Below, in pieces: positions 16,334-26,762 of a stretch of DNA of 64,000 nucleotides. Source of the stretch: a virus. The notes under the pieces are model-generated. The model worked only from the letters and a program-made list of their open reading frames with translations, made no database searches and was not told the origin of the DNA. The stretch lies in IMG/VR virus record IMGVR_UViG_3300030117_001886, positions 16,251-80,250 of that record, one strand, 5' to 3'. Positions within the stretch are counted from its first letter, which is position 1. Each line of letters starts with the position of its first letter. The translations under genes and the position numbers were made by a program.

Positions 16334-16850
16334 CGTAGCTATACCTAATGCATATACTCTTACAGTAGAAGCATTCAAAGCTATAGTAGATAGAGATAAG
16401 ACTGCAAATAAGAAAAAAGCAACTCAAGAGCTAGCCTATGTCTATTTTAAATGTGATCACCGATCTCCTTTTGCAGTATATGGAGAAGAAGAAAGGGGAT
16501 CTGAAGTCAAACTAAATGTATTTGGTTTGGATAGCAAGTGGGAAGAAGATGAAAAAGTAAAAGCCGCTTGCGATAAGTACAGAGAGTTAAACGAGACCTC
16601 AGCAGTTAGGCTACTGAAGTCTGCTAGAAACTCTGTGCTTAAATTACAGAAATATTTTGATACCGTAGATTTAACAATGATGGATGATAATGGTAGACCA
16701 ATATTTCACGCAAAAGATCTAGTAGCCAACTTATCCAAGATGGGGGATGTAGTAGATGGCTTATCAAAACTAGAAGAACAAGTAAAGAAAGAAGAACAAG
16801 CTAACAATCCTAACAGAGGTGGGGTTGTAGTTAACAAATATAGTTCGTAG
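16308..16850 (+). CDS. Conserved hypothetical, possible terminase small subunit
   Basis: Helical 180-aa protein upstream of terL. Confidence 0.45.
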   Translation: MDLITIDNNVAIPNAYTLTVEAFKAIVDRDKTANKKKATQELAYVYFKCDHRSPFAVYGEEERGSEVKLNVFGLDSKWEEDEKVKAACDKYRELNETSAVRLLKSARNSVLKLQKYFDTVDLTMMDDNGRPIFHAKDLVANLSKMGDVVDGLSKLEEQVKKEEQANNPNRGGVVVNKYSS

Positions 16851-16859
16851 ATTTGAAGT

Positions 16860-17114
16860 ATGGATTTTCTAAAAGACATAGAGGACTATCATACTGCAAT
16901 GCAAAATGCTTATCTATTTGTTACAAAAAAGATAACAGTAGATGATGTCTACAGCGATTTGGAATCTGGGGAAGTTACAGAATTTTATTTACCATTTGAT
17001 CCATTAGTAAATGATGGAAGAGATATTGGTACTCTAGATTTACTCATTGAGCATTTTACAGAACTAGAAGAGTATGAAAAATGTCAGGAGTTAGTAAAAA
17101 TAAAAGATTTATAG
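16860..17114 (+). CDS. Hypothetical protein with UVR-like C-terminus
   Basis: 'LIEHFTELEEYEKCQELVKI'; TAGATTTG motif at 16848-16855. Confidence 0.6.
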   Translation: MDFLKDIEDYHTAMQNAYLFVTKKITVDDVYSDLESGEVTEFYLPFDPLVNDGRDIGTLDLLIEHFTELEEYEKCQELVKIKDL

Positions 17115-19069
17115 ATACACATCTATTTAGTCCAGCAGCTAGCCACTTTCTAGAATATGGCTACTATACAAACGCTTTGCCTGGAACTAAGTCATACTAT
17201 GATTATTGGGATTTAGAAAAACAAAGATGTCTGTACGGATATGAGGTTGATAGTGTAAGCATTACTGGCTTTCACTATTTTTATTTAAACTACTGTCGTA
17301 TGGAAAGAGCAGTAGAAGAAATACAACCTGATGGCAGCATGTTAAACAGGCGTGAGAACAGCTTCCCATCTTTCTATGATGGAGATTACGAATACTTTCA
17401 TGCAGTAGATCAAGCAAGAAAAGAAGATAAACATTTAGCAGTACTAAAAGCTAGACGTAAAGGATTCTCATACAAGGCTGCAGCTATGTTAGTAAGAAAC
17501 TATTATTTTCAAAGAGGTAGTAGAGGTTATGTATTTGCTAGTCAGAAAGAATATCTGATCGGTGATGGCCTGTTATCAAAGGCCTGGGACATCATATCAT
17601 TTGTAGATGATAATACAGCATGGACACAACCACGTCTTAGAGACCGTGAGATGCACAAACAGTCAGGCTATAAAAAGAATATAAACGGTGCACTAGTTGA
17701 GCTTGGTATGAAGGCTCAGATAATAGGCGTATCATTGAAAGACGATCCCGACAAGGTTCGTGGTAAGGCGGGTGATCTAGTTTTCTTTGAGGAAGCTGGG
17801 TCATTCCCTGGCCTTTTGAAAGCTTGGGAGGTAGCTATGCCAACAATGCGTCAAGGTAGCAAGACCTTGGGTACAATGATAGCATTTGGTACAGGTGGTG
17901 CTGAAGGTTCTGACTTTCATGCATTGGAAGAATTATTCTATAGTCCAGATGCATACGATTGTTTAGCGTTTGAGAATATATGGGATGATGGTGCACAGGG
18001 TAGTACATGTGGTTACTTTGTACCTATATATCAGAACTTAGAAGGATTTATAGATAAGGATGGTAACTCTGATATACAGTCTGCAAAAGCATACGAAATG
18101 GATCAAAGGGAGAAGAAAAAATTAGCAGCTGATACAAAAACATTTGATCAATATATAGCTGAACATCCTATGAATCCAGGTGAGGCAACTCTACAGATTA
18201 CAGCAAATCTGTTTGATGTATCATCACTGCAAGCTCAGTATAATACAGTAAAAGTTAACAACCTGACTTCCAAGGCAATACCAGGAAGACTGCATTATGG
18301 TAAGGGGGAGACTATAAAATTTACACCGGACTACACACTAAAACCTATATTTAAGTTCCCACATAACAAGACTGATAACAACGCAGGTTGTGTAACTATG
18401 TGGGAAGCTCCATATAAAGATAAGAAAGGAGTAGTGCCTCATAATTTATATATTATTGGGCATGACCCTTATGGACAAAACAGGTCAGCAGATTCTACAT
18501 CACTTGGATCTGCATATGTACTTAAGAGAGTAAATAATCTATCACAACCAGATGATATACTTGTAGCTAGTTATGTAGGTAGACCTGAAACTCAAGATGA
18601 ATTTAATCGTAACTTATTTATGTTGGCTGATTATTACAATGCCAGGATAGGATTTGAGAATGATCGTGGTGAAGTTATAGCATACGCAAAACGACATAGA
18701 AAGTTACACAGATTGCAGCCAGAGTTTGAAATGCTAGATAAAAAAGAGTTACAATCTAGACGTGTAAGACGTAGTTATGGCATGCATATGACCCAAGCTA
18801 GAAAGCAGCAAGGTGAGATATATATAAGAGACTGGCTAAATTCAGCACGAGGGGTTGAAAGTGAAGGCAAAGAATCGTTAAATTTGCATAAGATCTATGA
18901 CCCAGCACTGTTGCAAGAATTAATTAAATTTAATCATAAAGGTAACTTTGACCGAGTTATGTCTCTTATGATAGCAATGTACCATTCCAGAGAGTTGTAC
19001 AATGCTGAAGTAAAGAATATATATGAAGATAGATCTACGGATGATTTCTTCAATAGACAAATGTTTTAA
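17081..19069 (+). CDS. terL: Terminase large subunit
   Basis: 'LKARRKGFSY' (Walker A-like), 'VFFEEAG' (Walker B), 'FGTGG', nuclease 'IIGHDPY', 'GNFDRVMS'; crAss-like type. Confidence 0.92.
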   Translation: MSGVSKNKRFIDTHLFSPAASHFLEYGYYTNALPGTKSYYDYWDLEKQRCLYGYEVDSVSITGFHYFYLNYCRMERAVEEIQPDGSMLNRRENSFPSFYDGDYEYFHAVDQARKEDKHLAVLKARRKGFSYKAAAMLVRNYYFQRGSRGYVFASQKEYLIGDGLLSKAWDIISFVDDNTAWTQPRLRDREMHKQSGYKKNINGALVELGMKAQIIGVSLKDDPDKVRGKAGDLVFFEEAGSFPGLLKAWEVAMPTMRQGSKTLGTMIAFGTGGAEGSDFHALEELFYSPDAYDCLAFENIWDDGAQGSTCGYFVPIYQNLEGFIDKDGNSDIQSAKAYEMDQREKKKLAADTKTFDQYIAEHPMNPGEATLQITANLFDVSSLQAQYNTVKVNNLTSKAIPGRLHYGKGETIKFTPDYTLKPIFKFPHNKTDNNAGCVTMWEAPYKDKKGVVPHNLYIIGHDPYGQNRSADSTSLGSAYVLKRVNNLSQPDDILVASYVGRPETQDEFNRNLFMLADYYNARIGFENDRGEVIAYAKRHRKLHRLQPEFEMLDKKELQSRRVRRSYGMHMTQARKQQGEIYIRDWLNSARGVESEGKESLNLHKIYDPALLQELIKFNHKGNFDRVMSLMIAMYHSRELYNAEVKNIYEDRSTDDFFNRQMF

Positions 19070-19072
19070 TAT

Positions 19073-21310
19073 ATGTACGCAGCAAATCATAGTATACCCA
19101 AACAAAAACTTGCAGATTCTAAAAAGAATGACAAGTGGGGAAAAGAATGCGTAGAAGCTTTTATAGGCTTATCAAATACAAATGGATATGGTAACCGCAA
19201 GAGTAAACTACAGCAACTGTATGACTATTATAATGGTCACGTAGAGGAAGAAGATTATAAATACGTAACAAAACCTTACGGTAAAAGCCGTAGTAACTTT
19301 CCTTCCAAAATACGTAATTATCCTATTATCAAACCCATCATAGATCTTTTATTAGGAGAAAAATCTAAACGACCTCTTAATTACAGTGTTGTAGTTAAAA
19401 ATGCGGATACCGTGTCTATTAAAGAGGAGGCTAAGAAAGCTACTCTAATGCAGGTTATGCAACAAAAATTTATCAACCGTCTTAATCAGATGGGAATGCA
19501 AACTGGTATGCCCACAGAAGAGGTACAGATGCCAAAGCAAGTAGCAGAATTATTTGAAAAGAGTTATGTAGATGCTAGAGCAATCATGGGTCAGCAGGCT
19601 GTAAACTATATTATGCAAGAACAAGAGATGTATGATAAGTTTCAGAAAGCTTGGTTTCATTTCTTAGTATCAGGTGAGTGCTACACACATAGAGGGGTAA
19701 GACATAATGAACCATTTTACGAGGTACTAAATCCTGTAGATATTGACTATGATAAAGATCCTGACTGTGAGTTTGTGGAAGATGGAGACTGGGCATTGAT
19801 TCGTAAATATGCACATGCATCTACAATCGTAGATATGTTTAGAGAAGAACTTACAGATGCTCAGATAGACAGATTAGAGAGACCTGAAGAGTTTTCTAAT
19901 GATGCACACTTAAGTCAAGGTTATTCTATGCATAATGTAGAAATGTACAGAAGCAGACTTATTGAGGTAAATACTGTTTACTGGAAGTCAATGAAACAGG
20001 TTGGATTCTTAACATACCCAAATCCTATTACAGGAGAAATGGAAGAGCAGGTAGTAGAAGGAAAAACAAAACTTACAGATGAACTAAAAGAGGCAGGTGC
20101 TAAGATTTCATATGAATGGGTAACAGAAGTGTGGCAAGGTACAAAGATTGCTGATGATATGTACGTAGATGTTCGTCCAGTAGAAAATCAAAGATTTACA
20201 CTTGACAACCCATCAAACGGTAAGCTACCAATCAATGGTAGAAAGTATTCTGAAATAAACTCAGAGAATATATCACTTGTAGGATTAGGTATTCCTTACC
20301 AAATAAATTACAATATCTACAAGTACAGATTAGAAATTGCTATTGCAAAATCAAAAGATATTATTGCACAGTTTGACATCAACATGATTCCTAAAAAGTG
20401 GGACATGGATAAGTTTATGTACTATGTTGATGCAACTGGTATTGCATGGGTAGACTATAACAAAGAAGGTATGCAGCTGAATCCTCAACATCAAGCTGTA
20501 ATGGACATGTCTATCAAAACTATAGAACAGTATGTTGTATTACTAGAATCTATCATACAAGAATGGGAAAGAATCTCAGGAGTAAATAGACAAAGACAGG
20601 GTAGTATTGGAACATATGCAGGTAAAGGAACAAGTCAGCAAGCTATTGTACAATCTTCACACATTACAGAAGATATGTTCCGTAAATTTGCTAGACTAGA
20701 GCAAAGAGATATACAAGCTATTTTAGATTATTCTAAAGATGCTTGGAATGGTAGTAAGAGTGCAATGTTTTATATGCCTGACGGAACATCTGAGTTCTTT
20801 AGCATTGATGGTACTGACTACTCTGAAACTAACTATGGTATATTTGCTAGTAACTCAGCTTCTGATATTGAGAAGAAAATGAAGGTAGAGCAACTAGCAC
20901 AAGCTATGATACAGAATGGTACACCAGCATCTATTGTAGCAGAAGCTATAGATCAAGAAAGCTTTACAGCTATCAAAGATAAGATTAGAGCTGCTGAGAA
21001 AGCACAGCAAGAATTGCAACAAGCACAGCAGCAAGCTCAGATGGAGATGCAAGAAAAACAAATCCAAGCAGCTAATCAACAAAAAGCAATGGAGATGGAC
21101 AACTCTGAGAAGAACAGACAGACTCAGATTGAAGTTGCACTAATCAATGCAGAAGCAAATCAAGAACTAAAACGTCAAGAGTTAGAACTTAAAGCTCAAG
21201 AGCTAAAAGATAAAGCTGACAATATGGATGACAAGATTAGACTTGAAGAGAAAAGAATAAATTCACAAGAACGAGTAGCAAAGGATAGCAAACGAAATGC
21301 CTCTAAATAA
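19073..21310 (+). CDS. Portal protein
   Basis: 745 aa after terL; 'NYPIIKPIIDLLLGE', 'ISGVNRQRQG', Gln-rich coiled-coil C-terminus. Confidence 0.88.
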   Translation: MYAANHSIPKQKLADSKKNDKWGKECVEAFIGLSNTNGYGNRKSKLQQLYDYYNGHVEEEDYKYVTKPYGKSRSNFPSKIRNYPIIKPIIDLLLGEKSKRPLNYSVVVKNADTVSIKEEAKKATLMQVMQQKFINRLNQMGMQTGMPTEEVQMPKQVAELFEKSYVDARAIMGQQAVNYIMQEQEMYDKFQKAWFHFLVSGECYTHRGVRHNEPFYEVLNPVDIDYDKDPDCEFVEDGDWALIRKYAHASTIVDMFREELTDAQIDRLERPEEFSNDAHLSQGYSMHNVEMYRSRLIEVNTVYWKSMKQVGFLTYPNPITGEMEEQVVEGKTKLTDELKEAGAKISYEWVTEVWQGTKIADDMYVDVRPVENQRFTLDNPSNGKLPINGRKYSEINSENISLVGLGIPYQINYNIYKYRLEIAIAKSKDIIAQFDINMIPKKWDMDKFMYYVDATGIAWVDYNKEGMQLNPQHQAVMDMSIKTIEQYVVLLESIIQEWERISGVNRQRQGSIGTYAGKGTSQQAIVQSSHITEDMFRKFARLEQRDIQAILDYSKDAWNGSKSAMFYMPDGTSEFFSIDGTDYSETNYGIFASNSASDIEKKMKVEQLAQAMIQNGTPASIVAEAIDQESFTAIKDKIRAAEKAQQELQQAQQQAQMEMQEKQIQAANQQKAMEMDNSEKNRQTQIEVALINAEANQELKRQELELKAQELKDKADNMDDKIRLEEKRINSQERVAKDSKRNASK

Positions 21311-23132
21311 CAGGGAAAAATTAGAAATTATAACTAGGGCTAAGAAGGATGGGTATAAAGGTGATTACCTAGAACTATTCAGAATGGCTGAACAGCAGAT
21401 GCGTCAAGATATGCCTGAACCTCAGTTTAGGGGTGGTGGTTTTGCTAATGATATAAATAAACCAAAGAAGTCTACATACGTAGATGCTAGATCTGGTTAT
21501 GGTTTTCCTACTACTTATGAACATGGTGGTCCTCATACACCTGCTACAGTTGTTCCAACTTTTCCTGATGTAGACATAACAGCACTTACGGATGAAACTT
21601 ATGCGTCCTTAACCCCAGCACAGCAACAGTTATATGATGCTTATATAACTCCAGCGGGTGTTTCACAGTCTATTCCTATTACGGTTGGGGAAGAAAATCA
21701 AGTTACAAAAGACATACATTTCATAGATGCTTTAAATTTAGCTGGTAATAATCCTGCTACTGATATAATAAATCAGCCAATCCTGAACATGACTGAGAAA
21801 GAAAAGATTATATTTAGACAAAAAGGACAGTTTAGAGCTCATGCTAATTCTGGCTTGCTTGGTAGAGATATTTATATTCCATCTCGAGATGCTTATATGC
21901 ATGGTCCAAACTTTATGAGAAACAGGAGAACACTTCAGATACCGGAGGGTACTTATTTTCATCCTGAAACAAACCCAGGAACAGAAATTGATCTAAATTT
22001 AACAGACCCTAAAGATTATGAAAAATATCAGGCTGGTGTAAAAGCAGGTATATATATTCCCGATCCTTACGGAAGAGAGAGTGAGTTTGGTCCTGGAAGG
22101 ACTATTCATCCATCAATGTACCAAAAACCACAATCACAATATCTGGAAAAAGCTTTTCAGGAGTACGCTCATGTTGACCCTACTCTTACCGGCCCCTTCT
22201 CTATGCATGGTCCTGGTGGACGGATTATTACAGACATTGATAGATTACGTAGAACTGTTGAGGAAGGAGAGTATCCTGATGCTTCTAACTATCAGTCTCC
22301 TTATGATCTGGAATATCATACCCATACTGCACCAGACAGTAATGTAAATATACTAGCTAACCAATATAGTATGGATAAGTATGATATGATTAATACAAAG
22401 CCTACATTAAATTTACCCAAAAAACCAAACCCGCTTCCCTTGATTCAGCAAAAACACGGCGGCTTCGCTGCATTCTTTGCTAGTGATTATGATAAGTATG
22501 TACAGAAGAAAGAGGATGGAGGTAAAAAGGTTGAGTATACAAAACCTAAACGTGAGTCTGGTGTGTTTGTTAGTCCATTTGTACAATCATTTAAAACTTC
22601 AGACTTACAAAAGCAGCAGGATATTCAAAATATGGATTATGATTTTGATGCATTTGCAGCAGGTATTGCAGATGTAGAATCTGTAGGAGGAGCACTTATG
22701 ATTAATGATCAATCTAGTGCTACTGGTTTGTATCAAAGAAGGTTTAGTGAGATAAAAGATATATACCCTGGAACACGTGAAGAGTTCTCTAAAGATATAG
22801 CCGCACAAAAAAGATTTTTTAAAGAAAGGTTTGATAAAGACATAATGAAAGATGGTATAGAATTATTTAAAGAATATGATCCTCAGATGAATCTTTCTAG
22901 ATACGGCTTAGATCCTGTAAAAATATCTGCTCTGTCTAATATGTTAGGAAGACAGGGTACAAGAAAATATTTAGGAAACGTGTTAAGAGATGGTAAATCT
23001 CTGGAAGAAGTATTCCCTACTAAATATGGACCTAATAGACAGTTAGGGCGGGATGGTAAACCTTTAGAAAATAAAACACCAGAAGAATACATAGAACAAT
23101 TCTATAAGGTGTATTCAGAAAGAGCTAAGTAA
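21297..23132 (+). CDS. Modular virion protein with C-terminal lysozyme-like (transglycosylase) domain
   Basis: C-terminal 'IADVESVGG...SSATGLYQ' lysozyme-fold motif; modules separated by xxGG motifs. Confidence 0.6.
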   Translation: MPLNNREKLEIITRAKKDGYKGDYLELFRMAEQQMRQDMPEPQFRGGGFANDINKPKKSTYVDARSGYGFPTTYEHGGPHTPATVVPTFPDVDITALTDETYASLTPAQQQLYDAYITPAGVSQSIPITVGEENQVTKDIHFIDALNLAGNNPATDIINQPILNMTEKEKIIFRQKGQFRAHANSGLLGRDIYIPSRDAYMHGPNFMRNRRTLQIPEGTYFHPETNPGTEIDLNLTDPKDYEKYQAGVKAGIYIPDPYGRESEFGPGRTIHPSMYQKPQSQYLEKAFQEYAHVDPTLTGPFSMHGPGGRIITDIDRLRRTVEEGEYPDASNYQSPYDLEYHTHTAPDSNVNILANQYSMDKYDMINTKPTLNLPKKPNPLPLIQQKHGGFAAFFASDYDKYVQKKEDGGKKVEYTKPKRESGVFVSPFVQSFKTSDLQKQQDIQNMDYDFDAFAAGIADVESVGGALMINDQSSATGLYQRRFSEIKDIYPGTREEFSKDIAAQKRFFKERFDKDIMKDGIELFKEYDPQMNLSRYGLDPVKISALSNMLGRQGTRKYLGNVLRDGKSLEEVFPTKYGPNRQLGRDGKPLENKTPEEYIEQFYKVYSERAK

Positions 23133-23201
23133 TATGAAGTGTTATATTATAAAAGATATAGTAAAAGATATATACTAGATAAAAACTATAATAATTAATA
23201 T

Positions 23202-23209
23202 TAAATTTG
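23202..23209 (+). promoter_or_regulatory. Bacteroidota -7 promoter element (TAAATTTG)
   Basis: 6 nt upstream of ATG 23216; preceded by an AT-rich spacer with AAAAGATATA repeated twice. Confidence 0.55.
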
Positions 23210-23215
23210 CACAAT

Positions 23216-24355
23216 ATGGACAATAAAGAGAAACTAAACTTAGACGACATTTCTTTCGATGATTTCATTGATGGAGGTGTAGCAACAGCGGGTGAAGAAG
23301 CAGTAGCCAGTGAGCTTGCGGTAGAAGAAACAAAAGAAGAACCAACTAATGAACTTGATGAAGATGCAGCAGTCAAAGAATCAGGAGAAGAAGTTGAAGA
23401 CATCGACACAGACGACGAGGAAGAAGAGGAAGTTGAAGAAACTTCAAATGACTCAGCAGCAGATGATGGCGTGGAGGCTACGGAGTCTGCAGAAGATGGA
23501 GAAATAGATAACACCGTAATTGGTGAAGTTCTTACAAATCTTGGATATGAATTGGAAGGAGACTATGCAGACACTGTAGAAGGTCTTACTCAAATGACAC
23601 AGGATGTAGCACAAACAATGGCTGAAGATCAGTTGGATAATTTGTTTGAGCAGTTTCCTGAGATACAACAACATTTAGAGTTTGTCCTAAACGGTGGTGA
23701 TTCTTCAGAGTTTTACAGTCAAGGCAATAGGCTAAATACAGTAGCAAATGTTAATCTTACAGAGAATAATGTAAATGCTCAACAAGCTGTACTTGTAGAA
23801 TACTTCCGAGTAAAAGGACACGATGATTCTTTTATTGCAGAATTATTAGAAGATTATGCATCTACTGATAAATTATATGATAAGTCTGTAAAAGCAAAAG
23901 AAGCATTATTAAAATACGAACAAGCACAGAGAGCTCATCAAATGGAAGCACAGAAACAAGCTTCAGCCCAGCAAAGACAGGAGGCACAAAATTTTTGGAG
24001 CAATGTAAGTGAAACTATTGAGGAGTCTAGAGAGTTCTCAGGAATAGTAGTACAACAAAAAGATAAGAAAAAGTTCTTTGACTATATATCTCAGCCAGTT
24101 GACAAACAAGGCAACACACAACGTGATCTAGATCATGAGGGTGCTGAGATGGATGTTAGGTTAGCAATTGACTATCTAATGTTCAAAGGCTTTAAATTAG
24201 AAGATATGATCAAGGCAAAAGCTAAAACAGAAACAGCTAAAACCTTGAGAAAGCAGATCAAAAGAAGTACGAGATCTGTAAAAGGTGCAAAAGGTAAAGG
24301 AGGATCTAAATCATTTGATGTAGATAATCTAGACCTTAGCTTAACAAGTCTATAG
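23216..24355 (+). CDS. Capsid scaffold/assembly protein
   Basis: Very acidic N-terminus, coiled coil, immediately upstream of MCP; ATG 23216 preferred over TTG 23207. Confidence 0.65.
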   Translation: MDNKEKLNLDDISFDDFIDGGVATAGEEAVASELAVEETKEEPTNELDEDAAVKESGEEVEDIDTDDEEEEEVEETSNDSAADDGVEATESAEDGEIDNTVIGEVLTNLGYELEGDYADTVEGLTQMTQDVAQTMAEDQLDNLFEQFPEIQQHLEFVLNGGDSSEFYSQGNRLNTVANVNLTENNVNAQQAVLVEYFRVKGHDDSFIAELLEDYASTDKLYDKSVKAKEALLKYEQAQRAHQMEAQKQASAQQRQEAQNFWSNVSETIEESREFSGIVVQQKDKKKFFDYISQPVDKQGNTQRDLDHEGAEMDVRLAIDYLMFKGFKLEDMIKAKAKTETAKTLRKQIKRSTRSVKGAKGKGGSKSFDVDNLDLSLTSL

Positions 24356-24387
24356 GAAGGAACCTATAGCATTAAATTTAAATTGAA

Positions 24388-25809
24388 ATGCGAGTATTAA
24401 AAACTTATTACAATGATTCGCAAATGACTGACACTAATTCGTTGGTTAATGCGTTGATGGAAAAGCCAACTGAGCTTTCTCCTATCATTACTCATCTCGC
24501 AGGACGTGAGGATAGAAAATTTCCTTTGACTATGTTGACAGAAGGTGTAGGTAACACTGTATCTATTGATCGCTTTGAATACGAGTATCGTGTTAAATCA
24601 CACACTCAACATATTCGTCCTGTATTAGGCAGCCTTGGTGCAGATCAAGGACAAGGTGGAGCAATCTTCACCGTAACATTCCCAGACAAATGGTTTGTTT
24701 TCCCATATACATTAGTTTCTCAATCAGGAGTACTATGTAGAATTATGGCTGAACCACGCGCGGTGAATGGTGCTTATGAGTACGACTTAAAATTAGTTAA
24801 TCCAAGTACAACTTTAGTTGTTCCTCAAGCAGACGTTACTAACGGTGCTATGTGGGGTCAATTGTACGCTAACGTAGGAGTTGACTTCTCAAGAGGTAAC
24901 GCTTCTAACTGGTCTGCGCCAGGTTTAATCCGTAACAAAATTGGTACGGTACGTAAATCTTACCACATGTCTGGTAACGCAAAAGACTATGTTGCTGAGT
25001 TTGAATTACCAACTAAAGAAGGTTCAACTACTAAATTATGGATGGACTATGAAGAATATCAGCACATGTTACACTTTAAACAAGAGTGTGAGTTGATGTA
25101 TATGTATGGTGAGAAGACTTATGATGATAATGGTGTAACTACTATGACAGACGAAAACGGACAACCTGTTATCGCTGGTCCTGGTTTATTACAACAAATC
25201 ATTAACAAGGATACTTACTCTACTTTAACTGAAAACAAGTTGAAGAATATTATTGGTGACTTATTCTACGGAATGACTGATGCTTCTCAAAAGCAAATTA
25301 CTCTTTACACTGGAACAGGTGGTATGAGAGAATTTGATGAGGCGTTAAAGAATCATTTCGGAGCAACTGCTAACTCATTTAAGGTTGGTGGCGAGAATAG
25401 ATTCATCACAGGTACTGGTCGTTCATTAGGATTGACTGGTTACTTTACAACATACGAGCACGTGGATGGACACGTAGTAAATGTAGTTAAACATGATATG
25501 TTTGACCACGGCCCAGTTGCACAAGCTCGTTCAAAACACCCTGTTACAGGATATTCACTAGAATCTTACCGTATGGTATTTGTTGATAACTCTAACTATG
25601 ATGGCCAAGCCAACATTCAGATGATCAACAAGAAAGGTCGTGAGTATTTAAGATGGGCAGTAGCTGGATCTGTAGTACCTAAAGGGTTTGCAGAATCAGA
25701 TTTACGTGCATCTGATGTAGACGGGGCGTCTGTACACATGTTGAAAACTGGTGGTATTGTATTGAAGAGATTTGATACTTCACTAGACATTGAGTGTGTA
25801 CGTTCGTAA
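24388..25809 (+). CDS. Major capsid protein (crAss-like HK97 fold)
   Basis: 473 aa, strongly biased codon usage, 'AGPGLLQQI', 'LYTGTGGMREFDEA', 'HPVTGYSLESYRM'; position after the scaffold gene. Confidence 0.88.
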   Translation: MRVLKTYYNDSQMTDTNSLVNALMEKPTELSPIITHLAGREDRKFPLTMLTEGVGNTVSIDRFEYEYRVKSHTQHIRPVLGSLGADQGQGGAIFTVTFPDKWFVFPYTLVSQSGVLCRIMAEPRAVNGAYEYDLKLVNPSTTLVVPQADVTNGAMWGQLYANVGVDFSRGNASNWSAPGLIRNKIGTVRKSYHMSGNAKDYVAEFELPTKEGSTTKLWMDYEEYQHMLHFKQECELMYMYGEKTYDDNGVTTMTDENGQPVIAGPGLLQQIINKDTYSTLTENKLKNIIGDLFYGMTDASQKQITLYTGTGGMREFDEALKNHFGATANSFKVGGENRFITGTGRSLGLTGYFTTYEHVDGHVVNVVKHDMFDHGPVAQARSKHPVTGYSLESYRMVFVDNSNYDGQANIQMINKKGREYLRWAVAGSVVPKGFAESDLRASDVDGASVHMLKTGGIVLKRFDTSLDIECVRS

Positions 25810-25844
25810 GAGGCGTTAATCGCAGTCTATATATCTGGTTTCTC

Positions 25845-25879
25845 GAGATGAGGGGGGTGTCAAAGCCCCCCGTAATCTC
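25845..25879 (+). terminator. Strong hairpin after MCP (no U tract; terminator or stability element)
   Basis: GAGAT..GGGGGG / CCCCCC..ATCTC. Confidence 0.45.
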
Positions 25880-25949
25880 ATAACTATAAGAAAGTAGGGT
25901 TGAGTATTCTTACAGACCCGAATGGAAATTTAATTTAAAGAACTTAAAA

Positions 25950-26762
25950 ATGATAAAAAAAGTAATTTTAAGGCGTAAAGAGACTAAGAGTTTCTTGCCT
26001 AAAGAGATTCAATTAGAATCAAGAATGTACCTTAGTAGTGTTTATAAAGATAGACAACCTCTAAGGGCTTTTAGCGCAGACGAGTGCAAAAAGCATTTAA
26101 ATGGCCTACTTGATGTAGGTGCTGATCATGTAGATTGGCCTAAGCATGAAAAGAAATATTGGGCAGAACTATCTATCAATGTTCCTTTTGCAGGAGTAGA
26201 GTTAGATATTTCAACAGACGAGGATGGAAGACCAGTTAATCAGGAAGACTGGATTCGTTACAAGTGGGCACAAAGACACCCACATGTAGCAAACAGTAAG
26301 AAAGAAATGGATTCTCAGTTTGGTAAAAGATTTTACATCCTTGACCCAGGGCAAGAAGTTAGAACTAAGAATAATAAAATTCAAGTTTTAAAAGATGCCG
26401 ACAAAGAATTTATTAAAGCTTCAGGAAGCGTAGATAAAATGAAACATATTGTAAAACTTATGTCAAATACTACAAATCCTGATACTCTAACAAAAGAAGA
26501 ATTAGAGAACTTGCTTTATGAATTAAAGAACGCTGAGCCTGCTAAATTCTTAAAATTTGCAACTGACAAAGATTTAGAATTAAAAGCTCAGATAGAAGAA
26601 ATGGTTAGTCTGGAGATATTGCGTAAGATTGGTAATCAAATAATTTATATTGATGAGATCTTAGGAGATACAATGAAGGACGCTGTTATACAGTTGAATG
26701 ATAAAAAGAACTCAGGAAAACTGATGGAACTTAGAGCAAAACTAAAAGAAGCTAAAAGTTAA
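25950..26762 (+). CDS. Conserved crAss-like hypothetical protein
   Basis: 270-aa ORF after MCP. Confidence 0.65.
   Translation: MIKKVILRRKETKSFLPKEIQLESRMYLSSVYKDRQPLRAFSADECKKHLNGLLDVGADHVDWPKHEKKYWAELSINVPFAGVELDISTDEDGRPVNQEDWIRYKWAQRHPHVANSKKEMDSQFGKRFYILDPGQEVRTKNNKIQVLKDADKEFIKASGSVDKMKHIVKLMSNTTNPDTLTKEELENLLYELKNAEPAKFLKFATDKDLELKAQIEEMVSLEILRKIGNQIIYIDEILGDTMKDAVIQLNDKKNSGKLMELRAKLKEAKS

Noticed and set aside
8521-19069. Inteins or self-splicing introns in polA/terL
   Set aside because: Both are uninterrupted and of ordinary length, with no intein or homing endonuclease motifs.
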